DNA of 64,000 nt from an uncultured Rhodobacterales bacterium (GCA_964351755.1 CAYGPT010000001.1:95474-159473), one strand, 5' to 3'. Shown: positions 27,606-36,789, counted from the first letter of the stretch. Notes: a model not told the origin generated them from the letters alone. Numbers and translations: made by a program.

Positions 27606-27620
27606 CTAACCGATTGTTAA
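27606..27620. promoter_or_regulatory. CtrA-like box CTAA-N7-TTAA in the fliL/fliF divergent region
   Basis: CTAAccgattgTTAA read directly, one mismatch to TTAA-N7-TTAA. It lies between two divergent flagellar operons. Confidence 0.4.
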
Positions 27621-27680
27621 GGCTGATCGGTCATTGCTTGGACAAAGTCGGGCAGAACGCGCGGCAGGACGGAGGCGATT

Positions 27681-29324
27681 GTGCAGCAATTACTGAATGT
27701 CTGGATGGGCTTGGATATCCGGCGGCAAATAACGGTCGTTGCGGCAACGGTCGCTGTGTTTCTTGCCGTCTTGGCGATGTCGCGAATCGCAACGGCCCCG
27801 TCCATGACACTGCTATATGCGGGGCTGGAAAACGGGGCTGCAGGCGATGTGGTGCGTGCGCTGGAACAACGTGGCGTCGCTTACGATGTGCGCGGCGGAT
27901 CGATCTTTGTCGATAGTCAGGATCGCGACGAACTTCGCCTGACTTTGGCGAGCGAGGGGTTGCCGGCCAACAGCAACGGTGGCTACGAACTGCTGGATAA
28001 CCTGTCCGGTTTCGGCACAACTTCACAAATGTTCGACGCCGCCTACTGGCGCGCCAAAGAAGGGGAATTGGCCCGTACGATTGTGTCCAGCCCACATGTC
28101 AACATGGCGCGTGTGCACATCGCTTCGACAGGGTCGAACCCGTTTCAACGCAGCGTCACGCCTACAGCATCCGTATCTGTGACTCCCAACGGCGGAGACT
28201 TGACCGCGCAACAGGCCAAGGCGATCCGATTCCTTGTGGCGTCCGCGGTCGCAGGTCTGTCTGCGGACGATGTTGCGGTCATTGACGCAAATGGTGCTCT
28301 GATTGGTGCCGCAGATGAGGCTGCGACGTCTGCAGGGTCGGATGATAAGGCACAGATTCTGCGTCAGAAAGTCGAACGCCTGCTGGAAGCACGCGTCGGA
28401 TACGGAAACGCTATCGTTGAAGTCAGCGTGGACACGGTGAACGAAACCGAAGAGTTCCGCGAACGCCGATTCGACCCTGAAGGCCGAGTGGTCATAAGTA
28501 CAGACACCGAAGAAAGGACCAGCAATTCTAACGAAGCGGGCAATGGGGACGTTACTGTCGCTTCGAACCTGCCGGATGGTGATGGTGCCGCGGGGGACAG
28601 CGCATCGTCACAGGATTCCGAAACACGTGAGCGGATCAACTATGAGGTGTCCGAAACGGAACGTGCGATCACGCGCGCCGCTGGTGCGATCAAGCGCATT
28701 ACAGTTGCCGTTTTGGTCAACCAAACGATCGCAGCCCCGCAAAACGGTGAAGCTGCACCCACCGAACGCTCTGCTGAAGAGATTGAGGCGTTGAAGGAAC
28801 TGGTCGCCTCCGCGGTGGGCTTCGACGAAAGCCGAGGTGATATCATCACTATCAAGTCCATGGTGCTACAATCCATCGATCCGGTTGGGACGGCCGCGCA
28901 GTCATCATTCCTCGACCTTTTTGAATTGGACGTGATGTCGGCAATCCAAATGGCGATCCTTGCCATCGTGTCTATTGTTCTGGGTTTATTTGTCGTGCGC
29001 CCGGTTTTGTCTCGCCCGCCAAGTCCGCCAGCCTTGCCGTCCGGCCCGCCCGCTATCGCTTCTGAACCGAAAACTGCATCGAAGCAGGAGGTGTTGATGG
29101 GTGAAGTGAGCGATATGGGAGATGACTTTCCAAACATTCAGCTTGGTTCCGGCATGAATGACCTTCCTGACCTTACAGCCATGAATTTCGCAACCTCGTC
29201 TGACGGAGGTGTCGCACCGCCTGCTGACCCGGTCGAACGGTTGCGCAACATGATCGGTGAGAGACAAGAAGAAACAGTCGAAATTCTGCGCAGTTGGCTG
29301 GAAGACTCCGAGGAGCGGGCCTGA
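27681..29324 (+). CDS. fliF: Flagellar MS-ring protein FliF
   Basis: 547-aa YscJ/FliF family (LYAGLENGAAGDVVRALEQRGVAYDVRGGSIFV) with two TM segments. GTG start. Confidence 0.95.
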   Translation: MQQLLNVWMGLDIRRQITVVAATVAVFLAVLAMSRIATAPSMTLLYAGLENGAAGDVVRALEQRGVAYDVRGGSIFVDSQDRDELRLTLASEGLPANSNGGYELLDNLSGFGTTSQMFDAAYWRAKEGELARTIVSSPHVNMARVHIASTGSNPFQRSVTPTASVSVTPNGGDLTAQQAKAIRFLVASAVAGLSADDVAVIDANGALIGAADEAATSAGSDDKAQILRQKVERLLEARVGYGNAIVEVSVDTVNETEEFRERRFDPEGRVVISTDTEERTSNSNEAGNGDVTVASNLPDGDGAAGDSASSQDSETRERINYEVSETERAITRAAGAIKRITVAVLVNQTIAAPQNGEAAPTERSAEEIEALKELVASAVGFDESRGDIITIKSMVLQSIDPVGTAAQSSFLDLFELDVMSAIQMAILAIVSIVLGLFVVRPVLSRPPSPPALPSGPPAIASEPKTASKQEVLMGEVSDMGDDFPNIQLGSGMNDLPDLTAMNFATSSDGGVAPPADPVERLRNMIGERQEETVEILRSWLEDSEERA

Positions 29325-29932
29325 TGTCGACGACGCATCTGTTTCAGGATTTCGGCACGATGCAACCTGCAAAGGTCGGCAAACGCTCCATGTCAGCTGA
29401 CGAGCTTGAGGACCTGAAGCTTCAGGCTTTTGAAAGTGGCTATCAGGCGGGCTGGGAAGATGCGCTCAAGGCCCATTCGAAATCCGAGACGCATGTATCG
29501 GCTGAACTGGCGACAAGCCTGCAGTCCGCCTCGTTTGAATATCACGAGTTGCGCGCCACTTTGAATGCCTCCGTTCAAAGCATCATGGCAGAGGTCGTGG
29601 AAACAGTTTTGCCCTTGGTCGCGCAGGCCAGTCTGGGCAGCCATATCCGCGATTATGTGGTGGCTTCTGCGCGCGCAGCCCTGGATCGACCCATTGAAAT
29701 TGCGGTTGCCCCTGAGTCTGAGGCTGCGGTGCGCGCGACCTTGGCAAACGACTTGCCCGAAGCCTTCGATTTGGTGGTGGATCCCACAATGTCGCCGAAT
29801 CAAGCGATTTTAAGGATTGGGGCGTCCGAGGCAGAGATAAACCTGGATAAGACCGTGGCTGATATCGCATTGGCGGTCACAACCTTTTTTGAAACCCAGA
29901 AATCAGAGGTGACCGATGGCAGACCTGCCTGA
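29324..29932 (+). CDS. Putative FliH-like flagellar assembly protein
   Basis: 202 aa. ATG 29324 overlaps the fliF stop (ATGA). Acidic helical N-terminus (ELEDLKLQAFESGYQAGWEDALKAH) and its position between fliF and fliN. The call is tentative. Confidence 0.5.
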   Translation: MSTTHLFQDFGTMQPAKVGKRSMSADELEDLKLQAFESGYQAGWEDALKAHSKSETHVSAELATSLQSASFEYHELRATLNASVQSIMAEVVETVLPLVAQASLGSHIRDYVVASARAALDRPIEIAVAPESEAAVRATLANDLPEAFDLVVDPTMSPNQAILRIGASEAEINLDKTVADIALAVTTFFETQKSEVTDGRPA

Positions 29933-30209
29933 TACCCAAACGCTAGCGTCTGACACGCATAACCCCTTCACGGCGGTTCCGATTGAAATCACGGTGTCCG
30001 TAGGCCGCGCTCGCCCGCTGGTGCGGGACCTTGTGATGCTGGGCACCAATGCCGTTCTGACCCTGGACAAGCGGGTCGATGACCCGGTCGATCTTTATGT
30101 CGGGGACAAGCTGATCGCGCGCGGAACTCTGGAAGAGGCCGAAGGCAGTGATGACGGTCAACTGGTTGTGCGGTTGACCGAGATCTTTGATCTTGCACCG
30201 GGCAATTGA
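29916..30209 (+). CDS. fliN: Flagellar motor switch protein FliN
   Basis: 97 aa. SpoA/FliN domain PIEITVSVGRARPLVRDLVMLGTNAVLTLDKRVDDPVDLYVGDKLIARGTL. Confidence 0.85.
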   Translation: MADLPDTQTLASDTHNPFTAVPIEITVSVGRARPLVRDLVMLGTNAVLTLDKRVDDPVDLYVGDKLIARGTLEEAEGSDDGQLVVRLTEIFDLAPGN

Positions 30210-30213
30210 CCTG

Positions 30214-30939
30214 ATGCGTCTCGGGGTGCTCGTATTGCTGTCTGCTGCGTTTTTACCGCAGGCGCTGTGGGCGCAGGATATTTCCATTTCCTTTGGCGAT
30301 GAGGGCTCCCTGAGTGCGCGAACGCTTCAGTTGATCGCACTCGTCACCGTGCTGAGCCTTGCCCCGGGCCTTGCGATCATGGTGACCTGTTTCCCGTTTC
30401 TAGTCACCGTATTGTCAATACTGCGTCAGGCCATCGGTTTGCAGCAATCCCCGCCCAACATGCTGATTGTCAGCCTTGCCCTGTTCCTGACCTACTTTGT
30501 GATGGAGCCTGTGTTTCTGCAGGCGTGGACCGAAGGACTGCAACCGCTGACCAATGATGTGATCGACCCGGAAACCGCATTCGTGCGCACGCTGGAACCC
30601 TTTCGGGAGTTCATGTCGGCCCGTCTGGATGCCGACACTTTCGGCGCCATGGCCGATTTGCGGCCAGACACCCAAGGGGTGGAACTGTCGCCAGATGCGC
30701 CGCTTTCCGTCTTGATCCCCAGTTTCCTGTTGTCCGAGATTTCGCGCGCCTTTCAGATCGGTTTCCTGATCTTCTTGCCGTTCCTGATCATCGACCTTGT
30801 GGCCGCAGCTGTGTTGATGAGTATGGGGATGATGATGGTGCCACCCGCTATCGTGTCTTTGCCATTCAAGCTGGCCTTCTTTGTGGTTGCGGATGGCTGG
30901 AGCCTAATCGCGGGCAGTTTGGTCAGAAGTTATTTCTGA
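30214..30939 (+). CDS. fliP: Flagellar export apparatus protein FliP
   Basis: Signal peptide MRLGVLVLLSAAFLPQALWA plus the FliP core (LIALVTVLSLAPGLAIMVTCFPFLVTVLSILRQAIGLQQSPPN). ATG 30214 is preferred over TTG 30187. Confidence 0.95.
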   Translation: MRLGVLVLLSAAFLPQALWAQDISISFGDEGSLSARTLQLIALVTVLSLAPGLAIMVTCFPFLVTVLSILRQAIGLQQSPPNMLIVSLALFLTYFVMEPVFLQAWTEGLQPLTNDVIDPETAFVRTLEPFREFMSARLDADTFGAMADLRPDTQGVELSPDAPLSVLIPSFLLSEISRAFQIGFLIFLPFLIIDLVAAAVLMSMGMMMVPPAIVSLPFKLAFFVVADGWSLIAGSLVRSYF

Positions 30940-30983
30940 CGTGACGCTTCGGCCCTGTCCGACCTGTTTCGAATGGCTCTCCC

Positions 30984-32642
30984 TCAGATAAAGCTCCCTT
31001 GACAGAACCACCCCGCAGACATCGCCCCACCGTGCCCATAAAACAGCCATAGCCGGTGTCCGTCGGTCGTGTCCGTCACCCAATAGTCCCGCGTGCCGCT
31101 GCGCCAGTTCGGATCGTCCAGCCACCATTCCGGGGCCATGCGTTCAGGTCCGATTGCGCGCTGGCGAGTCAGGGTGCGCCCACGCCAGCGGAAGGTCTCT
31201 GGCATCTGCGGCACTGCGGGCGCATGAACGGCTTCGGGGGGCCAGAGCAGCAAGGGGCGTGGGTTGGGCGGTGTGGGCCATGTCCCGTCATGCGGTTGCG
31301 ACCATGCGGCCAACAGGATCTGGTGCGACTTTTCAGGAATGTGACTGTCCGCCGGGTGCATGCGCCGGATCGCATCCAGCCCCACCCGCGCGCCCAGTCG
31401 CCCCACCAGATCGTCCAGCGCATCGGCCTTGTTCAGCCGCGACTGCACCGCGGATCCGGCTTGAAGGTGCCCGACCACGACCGCATCGTGCAGTGGCTCG
31501 ACCTGCGAGGCCACCAGCCGCAACATGTCGATACCGAAGCCCGCGTCGATCTCACACAGCTTCATTTCAAGCAGCGGACGGATGCGGGCGGGATCAAAGC
31601 TGGGGCGGGCCAACCCGACCTCGATCACCTCGACGCCGTGATCACTGCGATAGGCCTGAAGGGTGACGCGACGCGCCCCTTTCGCCTTGGTCTTCAACGC
31701 GCTGCACAGACGTGGCAGCAGCCGGTCGATCCCGGCCATCATGTCCTCAGTCAGGCCGATCGGGTCGGGCAGGGTCATGCGCACTGCGAAATGGTCCGGC
31801 GGTTTGGCCGGAGAGACGGGTTCGGGCGCGCTGCCCATGGCCTGATCCAGACGCATGACCAACCCCCGCCCAAAGCGGCGCGCCAACCCCGCACGCGGCT
31901 GGCCCAGCAGATCACCGACCCGGCGCAACCCCAGACGACCCAACTGCGCCGTCACCTCAGGCTCAAGGCGCAGCGCGGCGATTGGCAGGGGGCTAAGCGC
32001 GCCATAGGTCTGGCCGGGTGGCGCGATGCGCGCTGCACTGTCCGTCCGGGTCCGGATGGCAGGTGCCGCGCCTCCCTTGGTCCAGTGCCGCCGCTTGCCT
32101 GCGCGCGACCGGGTGGCGCGCGCCTCCTGATCGATGGCATCGCCTGATCGGTCCGATCCTGCCGCCCGGCCTGCATAGCGCGCGAGCGCCCAGGCCGCCC
32201 CGCGCGTATCGGCCAGCCCCATCAGAACGCTCAGACCCAGATCGGTGCAGTCATCCGCGACCACCTGCATCAACTGCGCCTCGCCCCCGAACAGATGGGC
32301 ACAGCCCGTCAGGTCCACCACCAACGCATCGCCATCTTCCGGTGCGACCCAAGGGCTGAACTTTCCCGCCCAGCGTTGCAGCGCCTCAAGAAACCGCGCA
32401 TCACCCACCACACTGCGCGGATGGGTCAGCAGGCCTGGACACATGGCATGGGCGTCGCGCACGGGCTGGCCAACCTGCAACCCCTGCGCCTGTGCTACGG
32501 CGTTCAAAGCGGTGATTACCTGCATGTTCTGCTGCTCCTGCACCACGGCAAGCGGCTGATCGCCCAGCAACGGCTGGCGCCGGATCAGACGTTCGGCCCC
32601 CAATCGGGGGAACCATAGGGACAGGATGCGACGGTCGGACAT
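30984..32642 (-). CDS. imuB: ImuB-type Y-family DNA polymerase (SOS mutagenesis cassette component)
   Basis: The N-terminus MSDRRILSLWFPRLGAERL...LAVV is the ImuB hallmark. 552 aa. An alpha-type LexA box lies directly upstream. Confidence 0.8.
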   Translation of the reverse strand: MSDRRILSLWFPRLGAERLIRRQPLLGDQPLAVVQEQQNMQVITALNAVAQAQGLQVGQPVRDAHAMCPGLLTHPRSVVGDARFLEALQRWAGKFSPWVAPEDGDALVVDLTGCAHLFGGEAQLMQVVADDCTDLGLSVLMGLADTRGAAWALARYAGRAAGSDRSGDAIDQEARATRSRAGKRRHWTKGGAAPAIRTRTDSAARIAPPGQTYGALSPLPIAALRLEPEVTAQLGRLGLRRVGDLLGQPRAGLARRFGRGLVMRLDQAMGSAPEPVSPAKPPDHFAVRMTLPDPIGLTEDMMAGIDRLLPRLCSALKTKAKGARRVTLQAYRSDHGVEVIEVGLARPSFDPARIRPLLEMKLCEIDAGFGIDMLRLVASQVEPLHDAVVVGHLQAGSAVQSRLNKADALDDLVGRLGARVGLDAIRRMHPADSHIPEKSHQILLAAWSQPHDGTWPTPPNPRPLLLWPPEAVHAPAVPQMPETFRWRGRTLTRQRAIGPERMAPEWWLDDPNWRSGTRDYWVTDTTDGHRLWLFYGHGGAMSAGWFCQGSFI

Positions 32643-32649
32643 CTAAAAT

Positions 32650-32664
32650 GTTCACATTTTGTTC
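32650..32664. promoter_or_regulatory. Alphaproteobacterial LexA (SOS) box GTTC-N7-GTTC
   Basis: GTTCacattttGTTC, a perfect direct repeat, 8-22 nt upstream of the imuB ATG. Confidence 0.7.
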
Positions 32665-32734
32665 CTATCATGAATAAGCTGAGTCGCGCCCGCGAGTCGA
32701 GGCTGTAGTCCCTTTAAAAACGTGAACTTCGGCG

Positions 32735-33352
32735 TCAGGCTCCGTAGCGGGCCAGGAACGTCTCGACCGCACCATCGACCACCCGGTCGATATCCGCAGC
32801 TTCTACATGGTCGATCACGCCAAACATCAGCCGTGGCCAGATGTCTGCCTTGCACAATTCGCCAAACTGGTCGGCGGCCAGCTCCAGATCGTCGATCCGC
32901 AACTCACCGCGCGAAATGGATTCGGTGAAATATGCGGCCATCTCGGCCCGCATCCGGGCAGGGCCCGACTGATAGAAGGCCCTCCCGATCTCGGGAAACC
33001 GATCCGACTCCGCGACACAGATACGAAACACCTGCTGACCGAACTTGGACGTGATAAAGCGCACAAAATGCCGCCCCGCCTGCGCCAGAACGTCACGAGG
33101 CTGCGCGCTCATGTCGATATTGTCGATGGCTGACTGACTTTGGCGCGCGCACTCCTGATTGGCCACTTCCATGAACAGCAACCGCTTGTCCGGGAAATAG
33201 CTGTACAGCGTCGCCTTGCTGACTTCGGCCTTTTTGGCAATGTCATCGACACTCGCCCCCTCAAACCCGTCGGCCATGAACACAGCACGCGCACCCTCGA
33301 GGACCTGATCGAATTTTCGACCCCTGCGGACAATCGGCGATGCGTCGTTCAT
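32735..33352 (-). CDS. TetR/AcrR family transcriptional regulator
   Basis: N-terminal HTH (ASVDDIAKKAEVSKATLYSYFPDKRLLF). A GGGGAG RBS precedes ATG 33352. Confidence 0.85.
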   Translation of the reverse strand: MNDASPIVRRGRKFDQVLEGARAVFMADGFEGASVDDIAKKAEVSKATLYSYFPDKRLLFMEVANQECARQSQSAIDNIDMSAQPRDVLAQAGRHFVRFITSKFGQQVFRICVAESDRFPEIGRAFYQSGPARMRAEMAAYFTESISRGELRIDDLELAADQFGELCKADIWPRLMFGVIDHVEAADIDRVVDGAVETFLARYGA

Positions 33353-33457
33353 GGTCACTCCCCTGTCAGAGACCGGCAACATAAACCGATCTGTTCAGTT
33401 CTTACAGAAAAAACCTCACTTGACCTGTTGCAAGTTGTGCCAGACACGCCATCATAG

Positions 33458-33474
33458 TTTGGAATGGTTCTAAA
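33458..33474. promoter_or_regulatory. Irr-type iron control element (ICE box)
   Basis: TTTGGAAtggTTCTAAA against consensus TTTAGAA-N3-TTCTAAA (1 mismatch). It is part of a 21-nt near-palindrome at 33456-33476, 15 nt upstream of the mbfA ATG. Confidence 0.65.
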
Positions 33475-33488
33475 CTAAGGGTGGGAAT

Positions 33489-34463
33489 ATGCGCTTTTTG
33501 CCACAACGCAAACGATTCATTGACCTGAGCGAACAAGAGATTCTCGCACTTGCGATTTCGTCAGAAGAGGACGATGCCACCATCTACCGTGGCTATGGTG
33601 AGCGGCTGCGCGCGGATTATCCGGCGAGCGCCGCCATCTTCGACGATATGGCCGCCGAAGAGGACACCCACCGCCAGCGTCTGATTGACCTGCATCGCAC
33701 CCGATTTGGCGACGTAATCCCCCTGATCCGGCGCGAACATGTGGCGGGATATTATGCCCGGCGTCCAATTTGGCTGATGGAAAACCTCAGCCTCGATCGC
33801 ATCCGGGCCGAGGCCGAAGCGATGGAGCGTGACGCCGCGCGATTCTACTCAGCCGCCGCCGCACGCACCAGCGATGCCGCCACCCGCAAGCTGCTTGGCG
33901 ATCTCGCCGCCGCTGAGGCCGGTCACGAACGCAAAGCGGGGGTGTTGACGGACAAGCACCTAGACGATGAAACCCGGGCCAGCGAGGACGACAAGGACCG
34001 CCGACAATTCATACTCACCTATGTCCAACCGGGGCTTGCGGGCCTAATGGACGGGTCAGTATCGACCATCGCGCCCATTTTCGCCGTCGCCTTTGCCACG
34101 CAGGACACGTGGACCACCTTTCTTGTCGGTCTCGCCGCCTCAGTCGGGGCCGGTATCTCGATGGGATTCACCGAGGCCGCGTCAGACGATGGCCAGCTTT
34201 CGGGGCGCGGCTCCCCGGTCAAGCGTGGCTTTGCCGCCGGTGTCATGACGACCGTGGGCGGTTTGGGCCATGCCTTGCCTTACCTCATCCCGGACTTCTG
34301 GACTGCGACGATTATCGCCTTTCTGGTGGTGTTTATCGAGCTGTGGGCTATCGCGTGGATACAGAACAAGTACATGGATACGCCTTTTTGGCGGGCAACA
34401 TTGCAGGTTGTCGTGGGCGGCGCCCTTGTTTTTGCCGCGGGCGCGTTGATCGGCAGTGGCTAG
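33489..34463 (+). CDS. mbfA: Erythrin-VIT1 fusion (membrane-bound ferritin/iron exporter MbfA)
   Basis: N-terminal rubrerythrin/ferritin-like four-helix motifs (EEDTH, EAGHE) fused to a C-terminal VIT1/CCC1 membrane domain (GLMDGSVSTIAPIFA..., GISMGFTEAASD). Confidence 0.8.
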   Translation: MRFLPQRKRFIDLSEQEILALAISSEEDDATIYRGYGERLRADYPASAAIFDDMAAEEDTHRQRLIDLHRTRFGDVIPLIRREHVAGYYARRPIWLMENLSLDRIRAEAEAMERDAARFYSAAAARTSDAATRKLLGDLAAAEAGHERKAGVLTDKHLDDETRASEDDKDRRQFILTYVQPGLAGLMDGSVSTIAPIFAVAFATQDTWTTFLVGLAASVGAGISMGFTEAASDDGQLSGRGSPVKRGFAAGVMTTVGGLGHALPYLIPDFWTATIIAFLVVFIELWAIAWIQNKYMDTPFWRATLQVVVGGALVFAAGALIGSG

Positions 34464-34491
34464 CACCGGATTCCCACGCTAATGCTGGACG

Positions 34492-35415
34492 ATGATTGCG
34501 ATCCTGTTCAAAACCCTGCCCTTTTTCGCCCTGATCGGGCTAGGCTACTGGGCCGGGCGCACCCGATTTTTCACGCAGGAGGCGACAGCCTACCTGACCA
34601 AGTTCGTGTTCTACTTCGCCCTGTCAGCAATGATCTTCCGCTTTGCCGCAAACCTTGAACTTGCCGAGGTCTGGGATACGCAGCTTGTTCTGGCCTATCT
34701 GTCGGGCACTGTGTTCATCTACTTGATCGCAACCGCGGTCGGGCGCATACGCGGCCTCGATATCCAAACCAATGCGGTCGAGGCACAATGCGCCGTGATC
34801 GGAAACGCGGGCTTTCTGGGTTTGCCCATGCTCGCGCTCTTGTTCGGTGACCGCGCCATCGGTCCCGTCATGCTTGTACTGGCCACGGACCTGATAGTGT
34901 TTTCCAGCCTGATCGTGATCCTTATCACCGCGGGGCGCGACGGGCGCATGTCGCTGTCGATCTTTCGGACCATCGGTTTCGGGCTGATCAAGAACCCGAT
35001 GATTGTTGCCATGACACTGGGTTTGCTTTGGGCGGGCCTGAATATTCCAATCCCTGTGCCAATGAACGACTTTCTCAGTATCCTTGGTGGGGCAGCTACG
35101 CCGGGCGCACTCTTTGCCATCGGCGCATCACTGGCCAGCAAATCCGCTGAACGCATCCAGATCGCCGGCTGGCTCAGCTTTTGCAAACTCGTGCTGCATC
35201 CCGCAGCCGTGGCTGTGTCCGCAATCTATCTGTTCGAGGTCGAAGCCTTCGGCGCCGCTATGATCATTGCCTGTGCCGCCATGCCGGTCGCGGGCAATAT
35301 CTACATGCTGGCGCAGCACTATGGCGTCGCACCGCAGCGGGTGTCGGCAGCTATCCTTGTCTCAACCGCGCTCAGCATCGTCAGCCTCACAGCGGTGATT
35401 GCGTGGGTCAGCTGA
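34492..35415 (+). CDS. AEC (auxin efflux carrier) family transporter
   Basis: 307-aa polytopic membrane protein. The N-terminus MIAILFKTLPFFALIGLGYWAGR is typical of AEC permeases. Confidence 0.8.
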   Translation: MIAILFKTLPFFALIGLGYWAGRTRFFTQEATAYLTKFVFYFALSAMIFRFAANLELAEVWDTQLVLAYLSGTVFIYLIATAVGRIRGLDIQTNAVEAQCAVIGNAGFLGLPMLALLFGDRAIGPVMLVLATDLIVFSSLIVILITAGRDGRMSLSIFRTIGFGLIKNPMIVAMTLGLLWAGLNIPIPVPMNDFLSILGGAATPGALFAIGASLASKSAERIQIAGWLSFCKLVLHPAAVAVSAIYLFEVEAFGAAMIIACAAMPVAGNIYMLAQHYGVAPQRVSAAILVSTALSIVSLTAVIAWVS

Positions 35416-35512
35416 TCTTGAATCGGCCAAAAATTCTACTGCCGGAAGCTCCCAAAACTTGCCGCAAGCGCCCTGGCCCGATAGCGATGGCGCAACCTGG
35501 AAAGGAAAGCAC

Positions 35513-36343
35513 ATGAAAACCCAATCCGAAAACGCCTGCTTCGGCGGCACACAAGGCGTCTATACCCACGCCTCGACCGCTTGCGCCTGCGACATGACCT
35601 TTGGCCTGTTTCTACCAGCCGAGGCACGCGATGGCCCGGTGCCACTACTGTGGTTCCTGTCGGGCCTCACCTGCACCCATGAAAACGCGATGACAAAAGC
35701 AGGCGCTCAGGGCTGGGCCGCCGAACAGGGAATCGCGCTGGTCTTTCCCGACACCTCGCCGCGTGGCGAAGGCGTGGCGGATGACGACGCCTACGATCTA
35801 GGAAAAGGCGCCGGATTCTACGTCAACGCGACCGAAAAACCATGGGCGCCGCATTATCGGATGTGGGACTATGTGATGGATGAACTGCCTGCGCTGCTCG
35901 GCGACAGATTCGCACTGGATTTGGAACGTCAGTCGATCACCGGGCACTCCATGGGTGGGCACGGCGCGCTGACCATGGCGATGTCCGCGCCGGGACGGTT
36001 CAAATCCGTGTCGGCCTTTGCCCCCATCGCCAACCCCTGCGCAAGTGACTGGGGGCGCAAGCAGCTCACTGCCTACCTCGGGACAAACGAAGACCTGTGG
36101 TCCCCCCACGATGCAACCCACCTCATGCGTGCCAGCGGCTTTGACGGGCCGGTACTCATCGACACAGGGACCAGTGATCAGTTCCTCGACCTGCTGAAAC
36201 CCGAAGCTTTGGCCGAGGCCGCAACTGCCCGCCGCCAGCAGATGACCTTTCGGATGCAACCGGGCTACGATCACTCGTACTTCTTCATCTCGACGTTCAT
36301 GGAGGATCATGTCGCCTTCCACGCCGAGGCGCTTTGGCAGTGA
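35513..36343 (+). CDS. fghA: S-formylglutathione hydrolase (esterase D)
   Basis: [27 protein letters not shown], nucleophile elbow [10 protein letters not shown], and C-terminal [15 protein letters not shown] 35513. Confidence 0.85.
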   Translation: MKTQSENACFGGTQGVYTHASTACACDMTFGLFLPAEARDGPVPLLWFLSGLTCTHENAMTKAGAQGWAAEQGIALVFPDTSPRGEGVADDDAYDLGKGAGFYVNATEKPWAPHYRMWDYVMDELPALLGDRFALDLERQSITGHSMGGHGALTMAMSAPGRFKSVSAFAPIANPCASDWGRKQLTAYLGTNEDLWSPHDATHLMRASGFDGPVLIDTGTSDQFLDLLKPEALAEAATARRQQMTFRMQPGYDHSYFFISTFMEDHVAFHAEALWQ

Positions 36344-36789
36344 CCACGCTCTACATCGACGCGGACGCCTGCCCGGTCAAGGCCGAGGCGGAGCGGGTCG
36401 CCACCCGTCACAATGTGCTAATGAAAGTGGTCTCGAACGGCGGCTTGCGCCCCTCACCCAACCCGCTGGTCGAACATGTGATCGTGCCCGAAGGGCCGGA
36501 CGTGGCCGACATGTGGATCGCTGATCGCGCGGGTCCGGGTGACGTGGTCATCACCGGCGACATACCGCTTGCCGCCAAATGCGTCGAAGCGGGCGCGCGC
36601 GTCCTCAAGCATAACGGTGAGGCGTTGACAGCCGCCAATATCGGCAACGTGTTGGCCACCCGCGACCTGATGGCGGATCTGCGCGCTGCCGACCCGTTTC
36701 GGCAGGGCGGCGGCAAAGGCTTTACCAAAGCGGACAGATCGCGTTTCTTGGACGCATTGGAACGCGAACTAAGGGCAGCAACAAGATGA
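36340..36789 (+). CDS. yaiI: YaiI/YqxD (UPF0178, DUF188) family protein
   Basis: [13 protein letters not shown]-terminal motif. The GTG start overlaps the fghA stop. Confidence 0.8.
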   Translation: MTTLYIDADACPVKAEAERVATRHNVLMKVVSNGGLRPSPNPLVEHVIVPEGPDVADMWIADRAGPGDVVITGDIPLAAKCVEAGARVLKHNGEALTAANIGNVLATRDLMADLRAADPFRQGGGKGFTKADRSRFLDALERELRAATR

